From contig CAZQIF010000001.1 in the NCBI GenBank assembly GCA_964593375.1, forward strand, positions 98,185 through 162,184: 64,000 nt of DNA, given 5' to 3'. Source of the stretch: an uncultured Candidatus Saccharibacteria bacterium. Its GTDB lineage: Bacteria; Patescibacteriota; Minisyncoccia; Phycocordibacterales; UBA918. The stretch's first letter is position 1; each line of letters starts with the position of its first letter. Below are positions 39,424-48,628 of this stretch, in pieces. A program made the position numbers and the translations under genes. The notes under the pieces were generated by a model. That model was not told the origin of the DNA and did no database searches. It was given only the letters and a program-made list of their open reading frames with translations.

Positions 39424-40095
39424 CTACATAGGGTCTTCTAATGATTGTGCGTCTTCAATTTTGAACTCCCCTACTTTTGTACGTCTCAGATTTTGAAGTG
39501 TTGCTGGGTAGCCGAGTCGTCGTCCAATTTCTTCACCGAGCGAGCGTATGTACGTACCACTTCCCACATTGAACTTTACAGTTAGTACCGCACGATTATT
39601 TTCATACGTAGTATTCAAAAGTTCAATTGCGGTCACTTCCATAGCACGCACCGGTAAGTCGGTTACTTCCTCGCCTGTTTTCTCTGCTTTGCGTGCTCGC
39701 TTATACATCGGCACTCCATCTTTTTTGATTGCTGAGTATGCTGAAACTTCGAGTTCAATCACTCCAACCATGCTCATGAGTACTTCAGAAACTTTTTCTG
39801 ATGGTAGTTCGGGAACGTCACAACTTTCAAGAATTTCACCCTCCATATCTCCAGTACTCCGTTGTTCCCCGATTAGAACTTCTGCAACATACTCTTTTGA
39901 AAGTTTGATGTAGTCGCTCAGTTTTTTTGTCCCCTGCCCCACACCAATAATCATGAGTCCGCTTGCAAGCGGGTCGAGTGTGCCAGCATGCCCCATCTTG
40001 CGAATGCCCAGCTTCCTCCTTAGCCTACGAATCACATCAAAAGACGTTATTCCTTTTGGTTTATCGATAATAAGTATGTCAGAGGCTGTTTCCAT
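39424..40095 (-). CDS. truB: tRNA pseudouridine(55) synthase
   Basis: DKPKG.TSFDV, GHAGTLDP and GTYIRSL motifs. Confidence 0.96.
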   Translation of the reverse strand: METASDILIIDKPKGITSFDVIRRLRRKLGIRKMGHAGTLDPLASGLMIIGVGQGTKKLSDYIKLSKEYVAEVLIGEQRSTGDMEGEILESCDVPELPSEKVSEVLMSMVGVIELEVSAYSAIKKDGVPMYKRARKAEKTGEEVTDLPVRAMEVTAIELLNTTYENNRAVLTVKFNVGSGTYIRSLGEEIGRRLGYPATLQNLRRTKVGEFKIEDAQSLEDPM

Positions 40096-40126
40096 GAGCG
40101 CATACTACCAAACTTTGCATTCTTTG

Positions 40127-41362
40127 CTACAACACTAGTAAATCTGGATTGAGAACAAGTAATGTTCCTAAAACAAGCATTAGGATTCCCCCCACAAGAA
40201 GCGACATTTGCGCGTACTTGTGTCCGTGCGCTTCAAGTTTTGAAAAGCCCCATATTGCGAGACCAAAGACAATGAAATCGTCGACCATATATCCAACCGA
40301 GTATACGATGAGGTAAAACTGTCGTGTTATAAAGTCGAGCTGATTGAGTTCGAGAATTTTGGTGTATGCCTGCGGAATACCGATAGAGCAAGCAAATTCG
40401 ATAACATTGACTGAGAACGCGAGTGCGATGATGCCAAAAATAGTGAGAATGGTTGTCGGGCGACTGATAAGGTCTTTGATGCGCGCCGTTGTCTTCCCTT
40501 GTGACTCAATATCACTTATGTCACACGTGAGTGCTTTGTTTCGATTTTTGCGATAGCGATACAAGAAGAAAATACCCCCTCCTACCGCAAGAAGTCCCAC
40601 GAGTGGTGTGACAATCGCGTCAAGACCTACAAAGTCCCATGCGGTAAACCACACATTGAGGATGAGGTTGTACATGATGGCTTCTGCAACCACAAAGATA
40701 CTCGCGACCATGACCATCTTTTTCCTGTCACCAATCTGCGAAAGAAGCACAAGGAAGGTGATGAGTACCCACATCGCACATGGATTAAAACCATCAATCG
40801 TTCCCAAAATTGCAGAGAGTGAAAAGAGTGAGAGTGTCTTTAAATCAACAACGCCGAGAAGTGGCAAGTTGAAGACGAACTGATTTGGATTCGTAATCGA
40901 ATCACAGGAAGTACCGTTTTCGTCGCACCCGGTGCCAACAAAACTATCTGATTGCTTCGGTGCTCGCGCGAGGTGGTCTTCGATGGTTTTAATGTCTGAT
41001 GAGCGTGCACGCAGAACCATTTCTTTAATGCGGACTCCAGTCGTATCCCCAGTACTAAAACCCTGAATCACTTCCCCACCTATAACGGTAAGCGGTGTGA
41101 CGTGCGAAAGCTCGTGCTTATTTAAAAGTGCCTCAAATGCTACTTTTGCTTCCTCATCATCAATTACATTCAGATATTCGTAGCTCACACTGGAATCATT
41201 AGCGCCATACGTATCCAAAAAAATCTTTTCGTCAGCACAATGGGTGCATTTGTCGCGTCCAAAAAGAAAGACGGTCACTGGTGCACTCGGCGCTTGTGCA
41301 AAGGTCGTGTAGCTAAATAGACTAACGAAAATAAAGCACAATATAATGAATAGGCGTGTCAT
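40127..41362 (-). CDS. Glutaredoxin-like CxxC domain fused to DsbD/CcdA-like membrane domain
   Basis: CTHC, DGFNPCAMWVL, EFACS; about 6 TMs. Confidence 0.8.
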   Translation of the reverse strand: MTRLFIILCFIFVSLFSYTTFAQAPSAPVTVFLFGRDKCTHCADEKIFLDTYGANDSSVSYEYLNVIDDEEAKVAFEALLNKHELSHVTPLTVIGGEVIQGFSTGDTTGVRIKEMVLRARSSDIKTIEDHLARAPKQSDSFVGTGCDENGTSCDSITNPNQFVFNLPLLGVVDLKTLSLFSLSAILGTIDGFNPCAMWVLITFLVLLSQIGDRKKMVMVASIFVVAEAIMYNLILNVWFTAWDFVGLDAIVTPLVGLLAVGGGIFFLYRYRKNRNKALTCDISDIESQGKTTARIKDLISRPTTILTIFGIIALAFSVNVIEFACSIGIPQAYTKILELNQLDFITRQFYLIVYSVGYMVDDFIVFGLAIWGFSKLEAHGHKYAQMSLLVGGILMLVLGTLLVLNPDLLVL

Positions 41363-41371
41363 ATTTTGCTA

Positions 41372-41821
41372 TCATACCACACCTGAAATACCCGCGGGTA
41401 CTTGGTGTATGTAGTTCGAAGAAATGGCACGGAGTGCACTTTTAAGCTCATAGTGGTCAGGAATCGTGCGCGCGACGTGCTCCCAAAATGTGCTCGAATG
41501 GTTGAATTCAATGAGGTGACAGAGTTCATGGACAATAATGTAGTCGATGAGCGCTTCGGGCAGAAACACAATACGGTAATTAAAATTGAGGTTCTGCTTA
41601 CTCGAACAACTCCCCCACCGAGAGCGAAGGTTCTTAATTGCCACACGATTGTACGTGCAGTTGTAGTACTGATTCCAGTGTGCAAGTTTTTCATGCACGA
41701 GTGCACGCGCATGCTCTTTATGCTCCTCGTAGTGGCGTATGGATGCACGTGAACGCCGCGCCCCTTTTGGGGCGCGGCGTCTCCTTCTCGTTCGTATGCG
41801 TATTCCCGGAATAAACCACAT
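41372..41821 (-). CDS. YgjP/DUF45-like metallopeptidase (M48-like)
   Basis: RWGSCS, YIIVHELCHL...HS..FW. Confidence 0.9.
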   Translation of the reverse strand: MWFIPGIRIRTRRRRRAPKGARRSRASIRHYEEHKEHARALVHEKLAHWNQYYNCTYNRVAIKNLRSRWGSCSSKQNLNFNYRIVFLPEALIDYIIVHELCHLIEFNHSSTFWEHVARTIPDHYELKSALRAISSNYIHQVPAGISGVV

Positions 41822-41823
41822 GG

Positions 41824-43518
41824 TTACTTGAGCGTATAAAAGATTCTTCCGAGTCGAATAATGTCGTAGTCATAGCGCTCATCGAGCGCCTCATACACCG
41901 GCTTCAGCTTTTCGGTACCCTCTGCCCTAAATGCTTCACTGAGCTCACCATAGATATGATTCCACGATGCGCTGTCCGGAATAAGTGCATCAAGGTGTGA
42001 GCGCAAGAGAACTCCCTCTTCGGCAAGCTTTTCGATATGTACCCAAATGGTAGACGGTGCCATATTGCGCACTTTTGCAATTTCATTTACTGAGTGCTGT
42101 TTGAGTACAAGTTCTTTCGTTGCCTCTAAAGTACTCTCCTTTTTCATCCGCTCTCCTGGTGTCTTTTTCGCTTTTCCCTCACTTGGTTCGACATCCCATT
42201 TTCCACCCGATGCGTTCACGAAGTTCTTTTGCATCGTCTCTATTTCTCCGTCATCCATTTCATTAAACGCAAATTCACCGTCATCTGATTCTTCTCTAAA
42301 ACGTGCGTCACGAAGCACCACGCGCGGATCAACGAGGAGTGCTTGGGAATTAATACCAAGAATCTTCATACCCATAAGCGAACGCACGCGAGAGAGCGCA
42401 ACATAGCCCTGCCCGTACGTAAAAGCGTTTCGCAGGTCAATTTCAGCAGCATCAAGCGACATTCCTTGGCTCTTATGCACGGTAATCGCCCATGCAAGAC
42501 GGAGTGGCACTTGCGTTACCTCTGCAAGCACCTTCCCATCCTCATTCATAACACTCCATGAAGAAGGCTCAATCTTCAACGTTCGTCCATCACTTGTTTC
42601 AATGATTGGAAATCCATCTTCCCTATCAAAATCAGTGACACGTCCCAAGGTGCCATTCACATACCCCACCTCAAAATTATTTTTTGTGCACATGACCATC
42701 GCCTCACGCCGTAGTTCTAAAATTTCTGGAGAGAGACAACTCTTCACGAGACCGACGAGCAGTTGTTTATTACCATGCGCTTCCATCTTATATGTTGCAC
42801 CCTCAGTGTTAAGTTCGCCAAGTCTCGTGAGGTTGACTGAATCGACATCGCTATTGTGGGTAAAGAGTCGTGTTGGTTCAATATCAGGAAATCCAATGTC
42901 CGTTTGTTCTGAAAGAAGTGTGTAGTGCGATTCCTCGACATCATTACGGCGAATTGATGCAAGAAGTCCAAGAAGCAATTCGTCTTCTTGTCGATGTTGT
43001 TCGGTAAGGTAGCAGGTGAGAAATTTCGCCCCTTCCCATGAACGTGACTCAAAGGCAAAGCGAGGCATCTCTCCCCTTCCTGCAATTGGAGGAAGTTGAA
43101 AAAAATCACCAACTAAAATCACTTGGAGTCCACCGAATGAATCACCGTTTCGACGAATTGTTCGACAGACTGCTTCCACCATATCGAGCACCCGTCCGTC
43201 TAACATTGAAATTTCATCGATGACAAGCACCTTTGCTTTTTGAATGCGCTTAACTGTTTTTTCTTTTCCGGCAATAAAATCCAAATCGTACTGTGTGAGC
43301 GTATCGCGAATGCCAATGCCACTCCATGTGTGAATCGTCATGCCCCCAATATGGGTTGCGGCGATTCCGGTTGATGCGGTCACTGCGACAGAAATGCCAT
43401 GAGCTTCGAGCCATTCAATGTATTCATTAAGTACATATGTTTTTCCTGACCCTGGTTCTCCCGTGAGAAACACATTCGCACCGGTCTTTAAAATCTCCAG
43501 AGCCTGTTTTTGAATCAT
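41824..43518 (-). CDS. PIF1/RecD-like SF1B helicase with C-terminal HTH
   Basis: GEPGSGKT, IDEISM, GDFFQLPP, AWAITVHKSQG and YVALSR motifs. Confidence 0.92.
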   Translation of the reverse strand: MIQKQALEILKTGANVFLTGEPGSGKTYVLNEYIEWLEAHGISVAVTASTGIAATHIGGMTIHTWSGIGIRDTLTQYDLDFIAGKEKTVKRIQKAKVLVIDEISMLDGRVLDMVEAVCRTIRRNGDSFGGLQVILVGDFFQLPPIAGRGEMPRFAFESRSWEGAKFLTCYLTEQHRQEDELLLGLLASIRRNDVEESHYTLLSEQTDIGFPDIEPTRLFTHNSDVDSVNLTRLGELNTEGATYKMEAHGNKQLLVGLVKSCLSPEILELRREAMVMCTKNNFEVGYVNGTLGRVTDFDREDGFPIIETSDGRTLKIEPSSWSVMNEDGKVLAEVTQVPLRLAWAITVHKSQGMSLDAAEIDLRNAFTYGQGYVALSRVRSLMGMKILGINSQALLVDPRVVLRDARFREESDDGEFAFNEMDDGEIETMQKNFVNASGGKWDVEPSEGKAKKTPGERMKKESTLEATKELVLKQHSVNEIAKVRNMAPSTIWVHIEKLAEEGVLLRSHLDALIPDSASWNHIYGELSEAFRAEGTEKLKPVYEALDERYDYDIIRLGRIFYTLK

Positions 43519-43540
43519 GTCGACTATTATACAAAAGTAA

Positions 43541-43566
43541 CGGCCACTCACCTAGGTGAGTGGCCG
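43541..43566. terminator. Perfect palindrome/terminator-like hairpin
   Basis: cggccactcacctaggtgagtggccg downstream of the 43588-44106 gene. Confidence 0.6.
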
Positions 43567-43587
43567 AGTAGCAATGTGGGATTCTTT

Positions 43588-44106
43588 CTAGAGACGGTTC
43601 CAAAACCAAGTTCGCTCCATCGGGAATCCATCAATGAAAATGTTCAGAGCCATGATACACATGAGGAGATAGAACACCACAAACGCGACGACCAGAATAT
43701 GGTGCCGAGCCGGGTTTTCGAGACCCGAATATGTATTCCGGAGTAATCCGTACATCGTGACAAGCCCCACCGCAAGAGTGTTAAACATAATGAACTGTGG
43801 GTCGTCTAAGATCACATTCGTTCTCCAGATGGCTGAATCGAGTCCAACAACTCCAAGAAGGGCCATCGCCATCAAAATGCTCGAAAGTCCTTTGTGATTA
43901 TCGACAGCGTCGATCTCAGAGTGTCTCATCGCCCGTTGCAGTCGGTGCGCCGCCCTCCCTGAGGTCATCATGTAGACAAAGTACATGAATCCCATACCAA
44001 GAGATAAAACGCTTAACGTTGCACCATTTATCGGAGTACTGACGACAATGCACAGCACCAACACTGCCCAAATACTGATTCCGACAAGTCGCGAAAATGA
44101 AGCCAT
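43588..44106 (-). CDS. Hypothetical multi-TM membrane protein
   Basis: GAGGAG RBS, about 5 hydrophobic helices. Confidence 0.7.
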   Translation of the reverse strand: MASFSRLVGISIWAVLVLCIVVSTPINGATLSVLSLGMGFMYFVYMMTSGRAAHRLQRAMRHSEIDAVDNHKGLSSILMAMALLGVVGLDSAIWRTNVILDDPQFIMFNTLAVGLVTMYGLLRNTYSGLENPARHHILVVAFVVFYLLMCIMALNIFIDGFPMERTWFWNRL

Positions 44107-44355
44107 GAGTCTCTCCTCGAGTGAATAAGAGCAAAACTTACCAACCGGCATAGTACCACAAAATCTTAGTACTTCCAGACGAACGTACCCCGTGGACTTT
44201 ATCAAACGACATATTTCTGGTATAACTATGGCCGGAAATTAAGAAGCGCAAGCAACTATAATTTCCGAGCCCGTCGGTTCATGTGTCCCAGAGAGACACC
44301 TTGAACAGACGCCAGAGGCAAACGCTCAGTACAGAACAAACGTAGATACACATTC

Positions 44356-44834
44356 GGCCTCATCGTCTGACGCTGAAATTTGTATGATGCGAATGCATCA
44401 TAACAAGCAAACTGCTTTGCTTGTGTACAAATTTCAGAATCGGAGCATGTCGCTCTGCGACAGCGAGATGGGGTCGCGGAATTTCGCAAGAAATATCCGA
44501 GACTAGGACAGCTGGTCTTGTAAACATCCAGCAAATCGGTTCAGTACAATTACAGACGGCCTCATCGTCTAACGGTTAGGACAGCTGGTTCTCATCCAGC
44601 AAATCGGGGTTCGATTCCCCGTGAGGTCATGTTACAAAAGCGAGCACGTATTAACGTGCCGTTTTTGTTAATGACCTCACGGGCAAGAGTGTATAGACAC
44701 TCTTGCAGGGGAATCGAACCACCGGAACGATGTTACATCGTCACGAGTGAGGTGTGTCCCGCGGCACTTAATATTTTGTAAGTGAAGCGCAACAAAATAT
44801 TTAGTGACCGTCAGGATCATTCCCCATGAGGTCA
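44356..44834. repeat. tRNA-Glu-derived direct and inverted fragments interleaved with hairpins
   Basis: Direct copies 44356-68, 44504-39 and 44819-34; inverted copies 44672-83 plus 44708-20. Confidence 0.85.
44558..44629 (+). tRNA. tRNA-Glu (anticodon CTC)
   Basis: Cloverleaf: acceptor ggcctca/tgaggtc, anticodon arm gctgg-ttCTCat-ccagc, T arm cgggg-ttcgatt-ccccg; CCA not encoded. Confidence 0.96.
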
Positions 44835-44988
44835 CAAATCACCATCAGCAACACGGAGGCCCGGCCTCCGTGTTAACCACTGCAAACCAAACTGATTTAA
44901 ATTCGCCATACTTCTGTTTTTGTGTTATAAATTTAATAGTCTTTGTTATTTGTAAGCCAAACACATAGAGAAAGAAAGGCATTCCAAC

Positions 44989-45552
44989 ATGACCCTAACG
45001 CTCGAAGAGCCCGGAGTTAATACTTGGGGATTGAAATCGTATATGCCCAAGGGTAATTTGTTTTTCCCATATGTCATCACTCGTCCCTTGGTGGCGTGGG
45101 ACATGCTACCCCTGATGCTCTTTCAGAAGTATCTTTCGGAAGAAACGGTTAGACAACGTTTCCACTACAACAAGAAGCTCGACCAACGGATACGCTGGGA
45201 TCGCCTGATGGATGCGTGCACTATCGATTACCAGAACGATATCGCCTTCGTCGCCACCAGTCTCATTGGTTCGATTCTTGGACTTGTGCAACTATATCGC
45301 GACAAGCCAAAGTCTGAATCAGCTGAAATCGCATTCGTGGTACGAGATGATCTTCAGAAGAATGGCCTGGGGCGTACGCTCACGCGTCGCACCCTTGAGG
45401 CTGCGCGGCTCCGTGGCATAACAGCAGTACATGGTGTCACCGAGCCCGAAAACACCCCGATGATTCGCGCATTTCTTTCGTGGGGATTCACCATCAAACG
45501 AGTCGACGGTGAGGTTGAGGCAACGCTCGTGCTTCCGCCAATCCAAAGCTGA
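44989..45552 (+). CDS. GNAT family N-acetyltransferase
   Basis: AEIAFVVRDDLQKNGLG and N..M...F...GF motifs; resembles the Pat-type GNAT domain. Confidence 0.88.
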   Translation: MTLTLEEPGVNTWGLKSYMPKGNLFFPYVITRPLVAWDMLPLMLFQKYLSEETVRQRFHYNKKLDQRIRWDRLMDACTIDYQNDIAFVATSLIGSILGLVQLYRDKPKSESAEIAFVVRDDLQKNGLGRTLTRRTLEAARLRGITAVHGVTEPENTPMIRAFLSWGFTIKRVDGEVEATLVLPPIQS

Positions 45553-45830
45553 TGTTGAACAAAAGCACCCCTTCATCCGTTACGTCGCGCCAAGCACGTA
45601 ACGGATTTTCTTTATTCAAGGCAAATACCCTCCCATGATTCATTTAGTCACCTCACATTTACAGAGATTCTGCCCTCGGGAACATACATGTGTGTGCCGT
45701 TCTTGTTAATGGTCTCACGGTTTTAATCGTGACTTGCGCACATTTCTAAAGAAGATTGTCTTCACCCTTCACAAAAAACCGACTTTCCTCTATTATCAAC
45801 TCCGAGTTTACAAACCAATGGAGGTATTCC

Positions 45831-46187
45831 ATGGAAAAAGTTCCTTTAGTACAGTACGGTGGAGTTATTCAGACTCTGCTTGCTGAAATCATGAACAAAC
45901 GACGTGGAGCAATGAAAGGATCACAGGAGCAATATAGCGATATTCCACCTCGAGATTTTTTCGCCTACATTGCAAAGCACCCACTCCCCGAAGTCGAGTA
46001 TTTTGACAGATGGATGGCCGAGAAAGTGAACGAGATCATCCGCTTCATCAACAAAACTGATGATGCGCTGAATCTCAAGCGTGCAATCAACTACGTACTC
46101 AAACAAAGCGGAAACAATGGGCACTGCCCGTTTGCGGGAGACAACTATAGTCCCGACCGCCTCGAGATTGATGACAGAGATGAATAA
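45831..46187 (+). CDS. Hypothetical protein
   Basis: GGAGG RBS; terminator hairpin at ~46221-46268. Confidence 0.65.
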   Translation: MEKVPLVQYGGVIQTLLAEIMNKRRGAMKGSQEQYSDIPPRDFFAYIAKHPLPEVEYFDRWMAEKVNEIIRFINKTDDALNLKRAINYVLKQSGNNGHCPFAGDNYSPDRLEIDDRDE

Positions 46188-46278
46188 AACAACCTACGGA
46201 GAGAGCACACAGGACTCCAGCTCCCGCTTATGAAGACAAAGACTGTCTTCATAAGCGGGGGCTGTTTTATTTTTGATA

Positions 46279-46368
46279 CTAATCCAACTTAATACACTGC
46301 ACGGGGCAGGCCTCAGTAGCGTCTTTGTTGGCTTCGAAATTGGCTTCGTCGATTGGTGCGACGACCAC
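46279..46368 (-). pseudogene. Duplicated 3' fragment of the ferredoxin gene
   Basis: Translates VVVAPIDEANFEANKDATEACPVQCIKLD*, versus native MVVAQIDEADYEANKDAAEACPVQCIKLD*. Confidence 0.9.
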
Positions 46369-46372
46369 GCGA

Positions 46373-46609
46373 TTATTTTTTGGTACGCTTGAGAAAATTG
46401 AGATATACAACCCTATCGATACCGAGTGTACGAAGATTATTAAGTACAATCATTTGTGGTAACTGTGAGTCTCTTGGGATTACAATTGGTCTGTTTATTC
46501 CCACTTTCCAATAGATGCGGTGGTCTCCCTTTTCCCTTTTAAACTCACAACCCTGACTCAAAAGAAACTTTTCGAATTCTTTCCAATGTATTGCGCCTAT
46601 TTTTGGCAT
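46373..46609 (-). CDS. hicA: HicA family toxin (mRNA interferase)
   Basis: 78 aa, basic; L...G..F.R.KGDH.IY......PIVIP. Confidence 0.85.
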   Translation of the reverse strand: MPKIGAIHWKEFEKFLLSQGCEFKREKGDHRIYWKVGINRPIVIPRDSQLPQMIVLNNLRTLGIDRVVYLNFLKRTKK

Positions 46610-46621
46610 GCGGAGGAAATG

Positions 46622-46903
46622 TTAGGCAAAAGTAGGTACCTTAACACTAAAATCTTTCGTCGTAATAGTTGGTGGAGTCCATTGTTTTAGAACTTTCTTC
46701 CACCCAAGTTCAGAAAGTACTTCGTCGGTAGTGCCGGCATTATGCAGTTCTTCAAAAAAAATACCCACAAGTTCATTGAAGCGTGCTTTCACCTCCTTAT
46801 CTGATTTACCTGAAGTTGCGATATCAAGAGCAGGCGCATACGCAACAAAGCGACGGCCTTGCTTAGAAATATTGACTTTAAGTTGCAGAGAATTTGGAAT
46901 CAT
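46622..46903 (-). CDS. hicB: HicB-like antitoxin
   Basis: FVAYAPALDIATSGKS..E....F.E; directly upstream of hicA. Confidence 0.8.
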   Translation of the reverse strand: MIPNSLQLKVNISKQGRRFVAYAPALDIATSGKSDKEVKARFNELVGIFFEELHNAGTTDEVLSELGWKKVLKQWTPPTITTKDFSVKVPTFA

Positions 46904-47026
46904 ATACTTACAGGTTACACCACCACAAAAACTCGGTCAATCATCGATAATTTCATGTACGTTTGCCAAGATTTTGTTACGGCAATTCTATAGTTTATAC
47001 ATAGGTCCGGCCTTCGTAATTGTACG

Positions 47027-47263
47027 TTAATCCAACTTAATACACTGCACGGGGCAGGCCTCAGCAGCGTCTTTGTTTGCTTCGTAGTCGGCTTCATCAA
47101 TTTGAGCCACCACCATTTTATTCCCTTTCATTTTTCCATTCTGGAGGTCGGACTTCCCATCTTCTTCATTCATCTTCCAATTTTTTGGTGCAAGCATCGA
47201 GCAAGAACCACACCCGATACAGGAGTTACGTTGATGACAAATGATAATTTTTTTGATTCCCAT
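47027..47263 (-). CDS. Ferredoxin (single cluster)
   Basis: CIGCGSC...ACPV. Confidence 0.9.
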   Translation of the reverse strand: MGIKKIIICHQRNSCIGCGSCSMLAPKNWKMNEEDGKSDLQNGKMKGNKMVVAQIDEADYEANKDAAEACPVQCIKLD

Positions 47264-47314
47264 ACAATGTATTAATTACCCGCAAACTCTCTAGGGGACC
47301 CCTAGAGAGTTTGA

Positions 47315-48577
47315 CTAATTATCCGTTTCTGTTCTGTCTTTCCAGAGATACACGCGGTCATTTTCGCGGACACGACTTGTGACGGGAATGGTTATGATAT
47401 CCCCTTTCTTTGCCTCAGTCACCGGAATCCTATCCACATTGCGAAGTTCAGTAACCGTTGCTGAGTACACTCCCGTGGTCCGTCCAATAATTTTAATCTC
47501 GTCGCCAACTGCAATATCACCCGCATCGAGAAGAATTTCTGCAACACCTGCTTTCACAAAATATGATTGCACCACACCGAGTGCAAATTTTTCTTTGGCC
47601 GCCTTAGAACCTTTCACGTCGCTGTATGCATCTATTTCTTGTCCAAGATAGTAGTTACCGTGCGAAAGTGTGCGGTTGTATACGGTTTTGAGTGATTCAT
47701 AGTACCCCTCAATTTTTTCTTTTGTGTACGTGCCATTTTGCACGTCGAGGAGTGCATGTTTGTATGCTCGGGTCACAACCTCAACATACTCTGGCGCACG
47801 TCCACGTCCTTCGATTTTAAATACCTGTACACCTGCATCGAGAAGCTCGGGTATCTTATCAATCATGCAAATATCAGCGGCACTGAGCACATACTGATTG
47901 TCGACAACAAGCTCTTGCCCCGTTTCTAAATCGGTTACCTTGTATGCGCGTCTACAATTCTGCCTGCATGCCCCACGGTTTGCGGAAGAATTGTCGGTAT
48001 AGAGACTCATGAGACAGCGCCCTGATTGTGCGATGCAGAGTGCACCGTGCACAAAAGCTTCAATCTCCATGAGTCGTCCTTCATTTCCCATGAGATTTTC
48101 TTCACGAATTTTGAGTCCAATATCCTTGATTTGGTTCAGGGTAAGTTCACGAGCGAGCACAACGCGGTTCGTGAGATTTGCAAAGAATTTGACCGACTCA
48201 TAGTTTGAGACAGAAAACTGTACCGAAATATGCACCGGCATTTTTATTTCATTGCAGTACTGCACCGTTGCAAAATCAAAGGCAATGATAGCGTCGACAT
48301 TATTCTCTTTTGCAGCGTCAACGATTTTTCGCATGAGCTTTGTGTCATGGTCGTAGAGGAGTGTGTTCACCACAAGGTACGCTTTCACCTTATGTTCGTG
48401 GCAAATATCAGCGACTTCTTTAATGTCCGCAAGTGTCATGTTGTCTGCGGCACGAGCACGCATATTGAGCTGTGTGACACCAAAGTAAATACTTCCGCAT
48501 CCTGCCTGAATAGCGGCCATGAGACTATCAAAACTCCCTGCAGGGGACATTATTTCAGCTTCTTCTGGTTTCACCAT
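47315..48577 (-). CDS. Peptidase U32 family protein (TrhP/RlhA-like RNA hydroxylation)
   Basis: SPAG, LAREL, EAFVHGALCIAQSGRC, NRGAC.Q.CR and KIEGR motifs; adjacent ferredoxin. Confidence 0.9.
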   Translation of the reverse strand: MVKPEEAEIMSPAGSFDSLMAAIQAGCGSIYFGVTQLNMRARAADNMTLADIKEVADICHEHKVKAYLVVNTLLYDHDTKLMRKIVDAAKENNVDAIIAFDFATVQYCNEIKMPVHISVQFSVSNYESVKFFANLTNRVVLARELTLNQIKDIGLKIREENLMGNEGRLMEIEAFVHGALCIAQSGRCLMSLYTDNSSANRGACRQNCRRAYKVTDLETGQELVVDNQYVLSAADICMIDKIPELLDAGVQVFKIEGRGRAPEYVEVVTRAYKHALLDVQNGTYTKEKIEGYYESLKTVYNRTLSHGNYYLGQEIDAYSDVKGSKAAKEKFALGVVQSYFVKAGVAEILLDAGDIAVGDEIKIIGRTTGVYSATVTELRNVDRIPVTEAKKGDIITIPVTSRVRENDRVYLWKDRTETDN

Positions 48578-48628
48578 AGCAAAAAAGTGTACTTGGAATT
48601 AGGAGAAGTGGCAAGGAAAAATATTCCC

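Noticed and set aside
44356-44539. Second, intron-containing tRNA-Glu
   Set aside because: The anticodon loop is destroyed, the T arm and 3' acceptor are missing, and the insert lacks recognisable group I/II intron features.
46279-47114. Diversity-generating retroelement TR/VR pair
   Set aside because: Mismatches are not confined to adenines, and there is no reverse transcriptase in the window.
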